Part shown: positions 26,001 to 37,573 of the stretch, one piece after another
Layout of the letters: each line of letters opens with the position of its first letter
Position numbering within the stretch: position 1 is the stretch's first letter
Source of the DNA: Diadema antillarum
Lineage: Eukaryota
Assembly (NCBI RefSeq): GCF_040938485.1
Contig: NW_027271517.1
Coordinates: 248,001 to 312,000, forward strand
DNA length: 64,000 nucleotides
Direction of reading: 5' to 3'
Position numbers and translations under genes: made by a program
The notes under the pieces: model-generated
The model's database searches: none
Told to the model about the DNA's origin: nothing
What the model saw: the letters and a program-made list of their open reading frames with translations, nothing else

Positions 26001-29000
26001 AGGCAAGTTTGAAGTCCAGTTATGGCAGAATGCTGTGTATAAAGCTTTAGAAGCAGATATGGTAGGTGTGGTATCTTGTCACATACAGAGCATCTTTCAT
26101 TATACCAGTGTTATCTCATATCCAGACCACAATTTTGGTAGCTCCTGCTCCACTGTGTGCGTGTGATTCACTCACCTCCTGCAGTTGGTCAAGCAGATCA
26201 TGGGAGGCCACCTGTAGCAGATAGTTGGTCAGTTGACCAGGGACTGCCTCTTGCGGGATCCTCTGCATCAAGTCTGGGCAGTGGTCAGTCAACCAGGTTC
26301 TGATGTCCTCTGGTGGAGACACGCCCAGCATGACCTGGTCGGGATAGATATGGTCAGAGGTCATAATCATCATCATCATATGATCATCACCATCTCCACC
26401 ATCATTAATCATCACCACCATCACCATCACCATCATCATCACCACCATCACCATCATCATCATCATCATCATCATCATCACCATCATCATATGATCACCA
26501 CCACTGCCNNNNNNNNNNNNNNNNNNNNNNNNNNNNNNNNNNNNNNNNNNNNNNNNNNNNNNNNNNNNNNNNNNNNNNNNNNNNNNNNNNNNNNNNNNNN
26601 NNNNNNNNNNNNNNNNNNNNNNNNNNNNNNNNNNNNNNNNNNNNNNNNNNNNNNCAACAACCACCATCTTCACCACCACCACCCCCAACACCAACACCAC
26701 ATCACTGTCATCACCACCATCACAACCACCACCATCATCATCACAATCACTACCACCACAACTAACATCATCACCATCATTATCATCATCATCATCTGTG
26801 GGGTTGGAGGTTTCACTTCCTATACAGTATATCCTTTCTCAAGGCTACCCGGTCTCTGATATCCATCAGGGTAAGAGTCTCTTATGTCCTTTGCAAGTTC
26901 CTCTTCTCAGGTCTTGTAGGGTCTGCCCCCTGTTCTCAAACCAGACCCTGAGAGATTTGTAGCCTTCTGCAGCTAGTGGCTTTCATCTCTCCTTGTCACA
27001 CGCCCATATCACCTAAGCCTCTCAATCATTTCACATACTATCAATAAGATGTGTCTTTCTCCTCATGCGAGGGACACAGAGCAATCCAAATGTGGAAAGT
27101 TAAGATGACTATCAGATATTTTCTTAAAGACAACAGCAGTGTGATGACTCTGGTGTAAGATCTCAAACAAAATATCATCTAACTCTCTTTGAGTTATTAA
27201 AAAAAAATCGAACTATTATAACATTCATACCAATGGCATCAAAAATTAAACAAAACACCACATGATGACAGAAGACACGACATCATTCTCATTACTTGAT
27301 CCATCTTGCAATTTGATCACCCTTGAAAATTTATCGAAGGGATAGAAATTGATGGCTTCCAGGGCAGCAGAAAAAGATGTCAGAGTTGAATCCTTACTGG
27401 CTGTCATCCAATTTGTATAAAATATGAAAGCTGGCAGGGAAAGAGGGGAGAGAGAGATAGAAACTGACCTGGATGAGAGCTGCAAGTTCTTCCGCGTGAG
27501 TGGAGTGGAGAACAGATCTGGCTATCCGACAGAGACACATGTACTTGAGGTAAGATGTGGGCGTCCATGGAGATGAGTGAGTCTGAATCACACGGCTGTA
27601 GGGAAGGGGTGGGGTGGTGCAGTTATCAGCATCTATCGAACACATATCAACCTTGTTCATACACTGTGCTCAGAGATTTGAAAGCGAGTGATCAAGCATA
27701 ATCCAAAAATGGCTATTGTAATCTTGTTTCTTCATCCTCTTTACAGCACCAACTTGAATGTAGCACAACAGAAGGTTAGAAAACGAAATAAAAATTGGAA
27801 AATCTTTCCTGTTCTCCAGTGCTCGCCACACATGTGGAAACACAAGAACAGAGGTAGGTGTGACAGTATGTATTTAAAAGGGCGTGTGTGTGCGGAAACG
27901 TTCCCTGACATAGCAGAAGAGCTATAAAAATGACACTCATAAAAACACACACACATGTACTGGCTGATTCCCATCACTGCTTATAGTAGCCTGGATCTGC
28001 CAGGTAGCATGTGGAGAGAGGTCTCCTACCCCTCCACAGAGATGTCAGACATCCTACCTGTTTCTAATCACATTTTGCGTGCTAACCATTGGACATTCCT
28101 GTTGTTGAAACGAAAAAGTTTCTTACACAACTTAAAAGGAATTTCTTGTAGATTTATACCACTCCTGCACAAGTTTGGTCTTTCTTTTATGAATATGAAA
28201 AGGAACGTCCCAGTTAAGCAAAAGCTCAAGCTCGTTTTACAGAGCTTCGAAAATCGTAAGCAATTGCTAGCAAGAACAAGCAAAAGGTCTGTTTTATGCA
28301 TACATTTTTTAAGCAAATGCTTGGTCTCTAAGCAACTGCTTGCGGGGCAGTAAGCAATTGCTTGTGTTTGCTAGCAGAAGCTTTTGCTCGCAAGCAATTG
28401 CTAGTTTTTATGCATGCGGCCCATTGCCTACTCACCGGAGTACAGGGAGCAGGAAGTCGGGGTCGCCCTGTGCGGGATTCCGCAGCTGGAGCACCACGTC
28501 CATGAGGGCGCCATCACCATCTGCCAATAAAGAGATCCTGGACAGCAGATGTTTGGATATCTGTTCCACATCCCCTCCCTTCCTGGATAAGAGACATTTT
28601 GGTATCACATATTTTTAACAAAAAGTCCTCATCACTTGCTATCACAATTAAAACAGTTGGTTTACGTCTTTTAAAATAAATTTATTCTTCATTGTCCTTC
28701 AGTAAGTTCTTATTCATGTGTAATTACAACAAATGCTTTACAAATAGATTGGCAACAAAAATATGCTTCGGACGTGCCATTTAACTTGATTTAATCACAC
28801 ATTCAAATTAATACATGAATAAATGTATGAACATCGCATGGTTACCTTGCCACAAGAGCATTTACACTGATGTGGATAGACAGCAAGGCAGTCATGTGAC
28901 TTCTGTAAACATCGCCCTCTTTGATACTCTCCTGAATATGAGAAAGAGAGAGTGAGAGAGAGAGAGAGACAAACTAAAATAACATGTCATTAATCACTTT

Positions 29001-32000
29001 GCCCTCTGTTATACTGGATGCAAAAGGGAAAAGGGTCCAAAGACAAGGGGACATTAAATCTGATAGACAAATTCACTTTTTAAGCACATCACAGTCAAAC
29101 TGAATTGGAAGCTACAGTTCATGCTTGTATGAAATATAACATGCTCAATCTGAAGAATGCATCAATACCTGAAATGAAGTTGAAAAAAAAAAATAGAAAT
29201 CTGAAGAGCACTTTCAGCACAGATTGAAATATATCAAAGGCAGTCTTATTCAGAATTTGTTTCTCCATAACTCTTTAATTGGAACTTTGAAAAGCTTGTT
29301 TAAAGAGGGATTGCAGCAAGGATAAAACAAATAAAACATTTGCACATGCTTTTACAATCACCATCATCTTGATGAGTTATGTTCTAGCGATAAAGATCCA
29401 TTACAGGAGATATCAACAACAATAAGAAGAATTTCTTTTTGAATAAAAGCAAATAATCTGTAATATGAGCAAAATCAAGCAAAAGTCTGAAAGTAAATCT
29501 AGCAGAAAATGACACAGACATGGCTAACTACTGTATATCCAAAATAATTTGCAGGGTTTTTATCTTAAAAAAGTAATTCTACAACATGCCCAAGAATTAA
29601 CTTTTATCCCGACATGAATGCGACTTGCATGTGCACATTTCTCTGCCCTTTTTTTTTGTGCAAAAAATTAGACTCGCAGATTATGAGGTGAATACAGCAA
29701 TTAGCTCTTTATGTCCTCATACAGAGGAAGATACCCTTACCACTCCGCTCTGCATCAGGTCTGATTTGAAGTGGAAGTACAGTAGCAGGCTGAAGATATG
29801 CTTTCCCAGCTCTGAAGCCCTGGGATTAAAAGATGGTAAGAGTTTGTGTTACGGAGGTTAACTTGGACTAACGAACCATCATAACCACCAAAAATACCCA
29901 GACTCTCAAACAAGGTGTTTGGTCGATCTCGGTCATCTTGTCCAACTCTTTATTTACATATTCCTCCGCGGAACAATGAAGTGCCTAGAAATGATAGTAC
30001 AATGCACATGTATCTATAACATTTGTCACATTACTAACAAGGAAAAGTAGAAATTACGCGGTGCGTAATATATGTCCCCGCCGGAAGTAGCATTTTGTAG
30101 CAAAATGTACAATAAAGGTAAAAAATCAAGGTCAAAGGTCAAAGAAGTCAAAGGTCAAAATTCTGTGTAGAAGTTTTGAAGTGCTCACCTAGTGCCATCA
30201 CATAAAGCAAACGGAATCGAAATCGGGTTAGAAATGGCGAAGGAGTAGCATTTTGTAGCAAAATGTACAACAAAATGTAGGTCAAAAATTAAGGTCAAAG
30301 GTCAAAGGTCAAAGAAGTCAAAGGTCAAAATTCTGTGTAGACATTTTGAAGCCCTCACCTAGTGCCATCACATAAAGCAAACAGAATCGAAATCGGGTAA
30401 GAAATGGCGAAGGAGTAGCATTTTGTAGCAAAATGTACAATACAGGTCAAAAATCAAGGTCAAAGGTCAAAGAAGTCAAAGGTCAAAATTCTGTGTAAAA
30501 GTTTTGAAGCCCTCACCTAGTGCCATCACATAAAGCAAACGGAATCAAAATCGGGTAAGAAATGGCGAAGGAGTAGCATTTTGTAGCAAAATGTACAATA
30601 CAGGTCAAAAATCAAGGTCAAAGGTCAAAGTCAAAGGTCAAAATTCTGTGTAGAAGTTTTGAAGCCCTCACCTAGTGCCATCACATAAAGCAAACGGAAT
30701 CGAAATCGGGTTAGAAATGGCGAAGGAGTAGCATTTTGTAGCAAAATGTACAATATAGGTCAAAGGTCAAGGTCAAAGGTCACGACTGAAATTCTGTGTA
30801 GAAGTTTCAAAGCTCCCATGTAGTGCTATCATATAAAGCAAACAGAATCAAAATTGGCTCATAAATGACAGAGAAGTAGCAAATTGAAGATTTTGATCAC
30901 ACACGGACGGACACACGGACGGACACACGGACGGACGGACGGACGGACACACGGACACACACACGTACGGAGCCCGTTTCATAGTCCCCTGCTCGAACTC
31001 GTTCGGCGGGGACAATAAACACAAAGGGGGTATGCAATTTTGTCTGGGGAGTGGTGGGGATTGGGGTGGGGCAGAGATGTGAGTGGAGCAAGAGGTGGTA
31101 TGGGGTGTTGGCCCAGATGTCATTTTGCTGATTACTTCACTTTGAGTTTATCCTGATCTTTAGCCATAATAAACAAATATCTCAATCATACTGGAGATGT
31201 GTTCTTGTTTTCTTTTTCTCTCTCAGCACAAAAGGGAAAGGATTCTTACGGCAACATGAAAGTTGGCTCACTGGTTCCCTATCCTTGTCCTTTATCTTTC
31301 CCTTCAAAAATTTATTCTGTTCCTCACTGCACATCACAAATGACTTTAATGGTCAATCATGATTGTACTAATTACTCCACCAATGGCCAATCTGCATTTA
31401 AAGGACAAGTCCGCCTTCATATACATGTGGATTGAGTGAAGGCAACAATATTAGTAGAGCACATCAGTGAAAGTTTGGAGAAAATTGGACAATCCGTTCA
31501 AAAGTTGTGATTTTTTTAAAGTATCTGCGCAGTCAGTGCTGGATGAGAAGACTACTACAGTGTATGACGTCACATGCGTACAACGATATAACGAAAATAT
31601 AAAGAGAATTTCACAAAACTTTACTTTTTGAATAAAGTGCACATTTCTTCGACTTGTCACTGATGTATGCTATGGGTAATATTATTCCCCCTGCCTTCTG
31701 AAAGAGAGAAGTCGAGTGTTCTTTTGTTATGCGAGAAAAGTGAAAATATGTTGAATTTTCTTTATTCTTTCTTTATATCGTTGTACACATGTGACATCAC
31801 AAGCTATAGTAGTCTTCTCATCCAGCCGTGACTGAGCAGAAACTTCAAAAATTCATAACTTTTGAGCGGATTGTCCAATTTCCTCAAACTCTCACTGATG
31901 TGTTCTACTAGTATAGCTGCATTCTCTCAAAAATTCATAACTTTTGAGCGGATTGTCCAATTTCCTCAAACTCTCACTGATGTGTTCTACTAGTATAGCT

Positions 32001-35000
32001 GCATTCTCTCAACCCACATGTCTATGAAGGTGAACTTGTCCTTTAAGATTTCTACTTTTTGATAGATTCTATTCACTAAAAGCCCCAGCAGAGTACAGCT
32101 TTCTCTTTCTTTTCTAAGATGGTCTGAAAGGCTTCTCTTTGACATACTGCTTCTAACAGCAAATCAATTTCCCCTGCCAGCACCATCAAGAGCTCACATA
32201 CCTCTGGATATCTCCACTGTGTAGAATTCTGTACGCATCTCTTGACAATCTCCTGTACATTATGGGAACAAATATTACATCCATTATATAAGATATATGC
32301 ATACATGTGTACAATTGTGTTTTTTACACTGGGAAAATTATTGCTCGATATATGAAGTTCAAGTAAGTTAGCTCAAGTAAATTAAAGGTCAGTTATTTTA
32401 ACGTCCATCTTCAGGTTGTTCTTTCACCCTTTTCCCAGCCCCTTCCCACTTTCTCTCTCCTTGTTTTCAGAATCCAGTAAAAGCATTCTTCAAGCGTATG
32501 GACATTAAACCGCAACTTCACATTCTCGTACTTTGCTCACAAGATTTATGTAAGTAGACTAACAAATAAATGTGTGTTTACAACCTTCTATTTTTCCTTC
32601 TCTTAAGAGTATCTTCAGCTTACTTTGTGTGAGTTTGGCCATCAAGGGGTGTACTAAAACAAGGAAAAGTAGAAATTACGCGGTGCGTAATATATGTCCC
32701 CGCCGGAAGTAGCATTTTGTAGCAAAATGTGCAATATAGGTAAAAAATCAAGGTCAAAGGTCAAAGAAGTCAAGGGTCAAAATTTTGTGTAGAAGTTTTA
32801 AAGCCCTCACCTAGTGCCATCACATAAAGCAAACGGAATCGAAATCGGGTTAGAAATGGCGAAGGAGTAGCATTTTGTAGCCAATGTACAATACAGGTCA
32901 AAAATCAAGGTCAAAGGTCAAAGAAGGCAAAGGTCAAAACTCTGTGTAAAGTTTTGAAGCCCTCACCTAGTGCCATCACATAAAGCAAACGGAATCGAAA
33001 TCGGATTAGAAATGGCGAAGGAGTAGCATTTTGTAGCCAGTGTACAATACAGGTCAAAAATCAAGGTCAAAGGTCAAAGAAGGCAAAGGTCAAAATTCTG
33101 TGTAGAAGTTTTAAAGCCCTCACCTAGTGCCATCACATAAAGCAAACGGAATCGAAATCGGGTTAGAAATGGCGAAGGAGTAGCATTTTGTAGCAAAATG
33201 TACAATATAGGTCAAAAATCAAGGTCAAAGGTCAAAGAAGTCAAGGGTCAAAATTTTGTGTAGAAGTTTTAAAGCCCTCACCTAGTGCCATCACATAAAG
33301 CAAACGGAATCGAAATCGGGTTAGAAATGGCGAAGGAGTAGCATTTTGTAGCCAATGTACAATACAGGTCAAAAATCAAGGTCAAAGGTCAAAGAAGGCA
33401 AAGGTCAAAATTCTGTGTAGAAGTTTTGAAGCCCTCACCTAGCGCCATCACATAAAGCAAACGGAATCGAAATCGGGTTAGAAATGGCGAAGGAGTAGCA
33501 TTTTGTAGCAAAATGTACAATATAGGTCAAAAATCAAGGTCAAAGGTCAAAGAAGTGAAAGGTCAAAATTCTGTGTAGAAGTTTTGAAGCCCTCACCTAG
33601 TGCCATCACATAAAGCAAACGGAATCGAAATCGGGTTAGAAATGGCGAAGGAGTAGCATTTTGTAGCAAATTGTACAATATAGGTCAAAAATCAAGGTCA
33701 AGGGTCAAAGAAGTCAAGGATCAAAATTCTGTGTAGAAGTTTTAAAGCCCTCACCTAGTGCCATCACATAAAGCAAACGGAATCGAAATCGGGTTAGAAA
33801 TGGCGAAGGAGTAGCATTTTGTAGCAAAATGTACAATATAGGTCAAAAATCAAGGTCAAAGGTCAAAGAAGGCAAAGGTCAAAATTCTGTGTACAGTTTT
33901 GAAGCCCTCACCTAGTGCCATCACATAAAGCAAACGGAATCGAAATCGGATTAGAAATGGCGAAGGAGTAGCATTTTGTAGCCAGTGTACAATACAGGTC
34001 AAAAATCAAGGTCAAAGGTCAAAGAAGGCAAAGGTCAAAATTCTGTGTAGAAGTTTTGAAGCCCTCACCTAGTGCCATCACATAAAGCAAACGGAATCGA
34101 AATCGGGTTAGAAATGGCGAAGGAGTAGCATTTTGTAGCAAAATGTACAATATAGGTCAAAAATCAAGGTCAAAGGTCAAAGAAGTCAAGGGTCAAAATT
34201 TTGTGTAGAAGTTTTAAAGCCCTCACCTAGTGCCATCACATAAAGCAAACGGAATCGAAATCGGGTTAGAAATGGCGAAGGAGTAGCATTTTGTAGCCAA
34301 TGTACAATACAGGTCAAAAATCAAGGTCAAAGGTCAAAGAAGGCAAAGGTCAAAATTCTGTGTAGAAGTTTTGAAGCCCTCACCTAGTGCCATCACATAA
34401 AGCAAACGGAATCGAAATCGGGTTAGAAATGGCGAAGGAGTAGCATTTTGTAGCAAATTGTACAATATAGGTCAAAAATCAAGGTCAAAGGTCAAAGAAG
34501 TCAAGGGTCAAAATTCTGTGTAGAAGTTTTAAAGCCCTCACCTAGTGCCATCACATAAAGCAAACGGAATCGAAATCGGGTTAGAAATGGCGAAGGAGTA
34601 GCATTTTGTAGCAAAATGTACAATATAGGTCAAAGGTCAAGGTCAAAGGTCACAACTGAAATTCTGTGTAGAAGTTTCAAAGCTCCCATGTAGTGCTATC
34701 ATATAAAGCAAACAGAATCAAAATTGGCTCATAAATGACAGAGAAGTAGCAAATTTAAAATTTTGATCACACACGGACGCACACACGGACGGACGCACGG
34801 ACGGACGGACGGACGCACGGACGGACGCACGGACGGACGGACGCACGGACGCACGGACGCACAGACACACACACATACGGAGCCCGTTTCATAGTCCCCT
34901 GCTCGAACTCGTTCGGCGGGGACAATCATAGTCCCCTGCTCGAACTCGTTCGGCGGGGACAACAAAGACCTCTCAGTCCGGGGATACACAAGGTTTGCTA

Positions 35001-36741
35001 TCTATAGATGTAGCAATAATTGGAGTTACATTGACTTATACTAAAATGTTTGTGACTCAGATATTCACATCTGGCTAGCTGTGTTGATTGGCTAGTGCCA
35101 TACTAGTAGTTGCTGAATTTCTGCAATTTGCAGTTGTGCTCCATGTTATCTGAACAAGATCTAACAGGCACTTTTGATAAGTAACATTACTTTTAAAAAA
35201 TATGGTTCAATGCAAAGGGACTAAAATGGACTGACTTGGACTTATGAAGTGTAAATAATGTGTGTTGTGCTACTTTAAATCTTCAGTTATTGCTTCAAAA
35301 AAAAATAAAGAAAACAATCCATCATCAACTTACTGAAGAGAATGACTCATCAGTTTGTGCAAGGAGCCAACATCATTACAATGGTAGAGAAACGTTGACT
35401 CTCTCCTACACAACTCCACAGCATCGCAGCCTTTGTCCCTTTTAGTCTGTTCATGAATAAAAGACAATGGCTCATTCAAGGCATAATTTCCCATTTGCAG
35501 ATGAAACAAAAACTCAGCATTAGTGCTTCAAAACAGTTCTAGAATGTGAGTTAGAGATAGAAACAACCAATGTAAAAATTTGAACCAGTATAATCAATGT
35601 CAAGTATTGTTAAATACAAAATGTGAACAATAGATATAAATAATAAAAATGTTTCCAGACTAAACCGTCTACAGTTATGGTTTGATGAGAAAAATAGTGA
35701 TATCTCCTTATATTTTAGGCTTTATTGCCAAAATCCTATATGGTAGGATGTTTTGTGATACAACTGACCTACACATATACATCAAAAGTGATATCTTGAT
35801 CATTTTTTAAATCACTGCCTCCCAAATGTAAACAATACCTTTAAGTAATATATACAACACATCATCAACAGTACAGAAAAATCTAGACTTCACTATTGTA
35901 AATGTATCTAGGACTGAAATATCAAATTGCCACTCATTGGTATATATATTCACTCTGGTGTTAGAGTACAAATCAACATTGAGAAATCTAAACGTTCAAT
36001 GCATGATTCAAGCTAGGCTGTTGTTAACATATATTTCAGAACTTGGCGAAAAGTGGTCTCAGAAAAAAAAAAAAATGGCTGTGCTACATTTCCAATCTTC
36101 TTCAGAAAATAAAAGGAGAGCAATACAAACTGAACCCACACAAGACTTACAAATTCACTGACACCGTATCCCTTCAGATCTGACCTTAAAACTTTTCCAT
36201 GGGAGCAAGGTACAAAAATGACAAATTTCAAATAATGGGCCAGGTCTTGGCAAAGACCTACAGTTTGACCGAAAACATAATTTACTTTAAAAAAAAGAAA
36301 AGAAAAGAAAAGAAAGAAAAACCAGTAGCAGTATATGAGGTATAGCAAACCAACCCACTGGATGACAGAGTCATTCCTATAGAAGGTTCTGTTCTCCTTC
36401 TGTTCTCCCACATAGGGCCTACAAACAATATCTCCGTGAGTAACACCAATTAACCATTTAAACAAGCAGAGTGATACAACATACATACCACTGCATTTTT
36501 CCACCAGTGCTGGAACTCAGTAATCTCCTTGTATTTACTGGAATTGTACGTGACAGCCATGAGATTTGATGCTGGATGACAGAAGAGAATGGGAGAAGTG
36601 AAACAAGTTAATATCACTGGGATATAAATCGGGAAATCTACCACATCTTGGAGAAACACTAAAATGTCTATTCTGAAAAAAATGAAATACAAATAAAACA
36701 TTGACAAATAATGATCACCAGTAATTCAGGTCATCAGGACA

Positions 36742-36807
<66 letters not shown>

Positions 36808-37573
36808 ACAGAGAAGATACTAGCCAAGCTCAGATGGTTGTCTGATACATATTATCAGTTAATGACAAGAACTTGGCAGATTAGGTTCAGAGCTTCTATG
36901 GCATAAACAGATGAATATAATATAAAACAAAGCTGAAGCTACACATGGAGGAAACATACAATGTATAAGAAAAATGGGAATAATGTTGCTACAAATGTCT
37001 TTCTTCAAAAAACAAATAGGGAAAAGAGACAAAAAGTATTGTCAGATGAAACTGCAAAGCTAATATTTTAAATGTCAATACGATAGGAAAGTGAATGCTT
37101 AGCATAATGTCCCGGCGATGACAATATCTTGTATCTCAAAATCATGAACCTTCATAAAAGCGAAAAAACTATTTCATTTTCACAACATTTGAAAAATAGC
37201 ATCAATGTTGCCATCAAATGATTTAGAAACACTATTTTGGATGACATCAATAACTGTTGTTTTAAAACTCAAATCAGCATTTTTTTATATTCAAAATTGA
37301 GTTCAGAAGTATTTTAGATATATGCCAATTGAGATACAAGGTCTTGTCACCCTAAAGGATGATAAGATATAATCTTTGTGGCAGCAAAAAAGCAGAACAA
37401 CTCTTCTAACTTGTTACATCAAACTTCACCCTACACTTGCCTGACTGCTGCTGTTTCTGCTGCGTTGCTGCCAGTTGCATGCCACTCTGGATATCTTGCA
37501 AGCTGCCACCCGTGGTGTAGAGGTTGTGAGGGAGATGGGAGTCTGGGGTTGCTCGGCTGAACTTTCTCCCCAT
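20054..37573 (-). CDS. Uncharacterised ~995-aa protein: ~340-aa predicted helical N-terminal region, then ~640-aa acidic/Ser-Pro/Arg-rich disordered tail ending in basic RKRKRLSR
   Basis: Manual exon chain (minus strand): 37573-37441 (ATG in ggcATGG context; GC donor), 36571-36489, 35446-35334, 32252-32202, 29819-29741, 28931-28846, 28582-28436, 27595-27469, 26334-26176, 25546-25430, 22349-20527, 20123-20054. Total 2988 nt, every junction phase-compatible, no internal stop. The start codon and possible upstream coding exons are uncertain. No family recognised. Confidence 0.72.
20527..22349 (-). CDS. Intact 1823-nt penultimate exon of the unnamed gene (low-complexity D/E/S/P/R-rich)
   Basis: Acceptor atttttcacag|GACTCT, donor GATGC|gtaaga. 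Contains the 597-aa ORF-track frame. Phase 0 in and phase 2 out match the flanking exons. Confidence 0.85.
22705..23104. mobile_element. Second copy of the same MITE lacking its right 17-bp TIR
   Basis: Identical to 24881-25280 and cut off by the duplication junction. Confidence 0.8.
22996..24525 (-). CDS. Duplicated, 3'-truncated copy of the large exon fused in frame to 35 MITE-derived codons and a TAG stop
   Basis: Same acceptor at 24525. Translation is identical to the intact copy up to YTAIQT, then LSEPKRTELKRTVPYHASWGEFERSVEKAFLTSYV*. Confidence 0.7.
   Translation of the reverse strand, partial: DSDEVILHQEQMNRQASPSDASRYSPDDVLCLEEVPHPQTVKNKPDDVEVVEDDPADHRDQPQGGADDVQEIEDDVAMFAKEGADIMSSIPPNPIPDDVAGPSNVSPCLNPDDVDPVLTVREESDDAESEDAEDQRESDARGVAPPEDHVVMVDDVAMEMAFNQRNVNVVQRRSLRLSSKKGSQESMWQENQPEDFAPPSMNCGKNDVQNGAVESFHSGTPNLRRSPRKRVKGAASEGHGTGMPSKQCESLIHGRRRSPRGGVITRSRVASWSDNALINASEETTDPGKGNMSRGHTMCAETDEDLSERSHSADNADISKFVHVNDRWMSNGGSPPRESAATKDDGKPQEKSGTVQASNDHSTETIIPDSEDEQSDTRPSVVVVRRLRNLDSLKSLTSSPVPRTAMDNILNSSPSMSTRSRCQEAQSCIYDSNSDLSPGKQRRQTPASSDKKTSTPSPEICRNAFTKDYTAIQTLSEPKRTELKRTVPYHASWGEFERSVEKAFLTSYV
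24881..25297. mobile_element. 417-bp MITE, PIF/Harbinger-like
   Basis: 17-bp TIR GGGTGTGTTCGAGCGCT / AGCACTCGAACGCACCC (15/17), longer imperfect subterminal inverted repeats with (GTACC)n, and a 3-bp direct repeat AAA on both flanks. Confidence 0.8.
26364..26800. repeat. (CAT/CAC)n trinucleotide microsatellite spanning an assembly gap
   Basis: Direct reading; Ns at 26509-26654. Confidence 0.9.
30036..31016 (-). mobile_element. Helentron-associated (HINE/DINE-1/Pearl-like) non-autonomous element, family A, with five ~158-bp monomers
   Basis: 11-bp subterminal inverted repeat tgtccccgccg (30073-30083) / cggcggggaca (31004-31014). Stem-loop attacgc-ggt-gcgtaat at 30053-30069. (ACGG/ACAC)n microsatellite at ~30898-30968. 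Monomer starts at 30087, 30245, 30415, 30573, 30728. Confidence 0.8.
31402..32042. mobile_element. TTAA-targeting MITE with AGG termini (T2/Kolobok-like)
   Basis: TTAA|AGGACAAGT...ACTTGTCCT|TTAA, with ~110-bp imperfect TIRs. An ~84-bp tandem duplication lies inside the right arm (~31847-32012). Confidence 0.8.
32658..34963 (-). mobile_element. HINE-like family A, second copy, with thirteen ~157-bp monomers and a duplicated terminus
   Basis: Same termini as the 30036-31016 copy. Monomer starts at 32709, 32867, 33023, 33180, 33338, 33495, 33653, 33811, 33968, 34125, 34283, 34440, 34598. (ACGG/ACGC)n at ~34770-34880. The terminal 37 bp are repeated (34890-34926, 34927-34963). Confidence 0.82.
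36749..36800. repeat. (TA)n microsatellite
   Basis: Direct reading. Confidence 0.95.

Noticed and set aside
26233-26859. 208-aa poly-His ORF (+) and poly-Met/Val ORF (-)
   Set aside because: These are translations of a CAT/CAC microsatellite across an N gap. Only 26334-26176 (-) is a supported exon.
27469-27712. In-frame TGA (27670-27672) suggesting selenocysteine or readthrough in the unnamed gene
   Set aside because: A much stronger acceptor (ccccttccctacag| at 27596) in the correct phase lies downstream of the TGA and removes the need for recoding. No SECIS was identified.
30087-34745. CRISPR-like or coding repeat array
   Set aside because: The monomers are contiguous near-identical repeats with no unique spacers, no cas genes, and no sustained ORF.
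36166-36419. Two further exon-like blocks in the unnamed gene
   Set aside because: They are not phase-compatible with the flanking exons without introducing stops.
27469-37573. Resemblance of the unnamed protein to FANCC/FANCF (e.g. LLADGDGAL versus LLETDGAL)
   Set aside because: Only short matches from memory, in non-collinear order. Not enough to assign a name.
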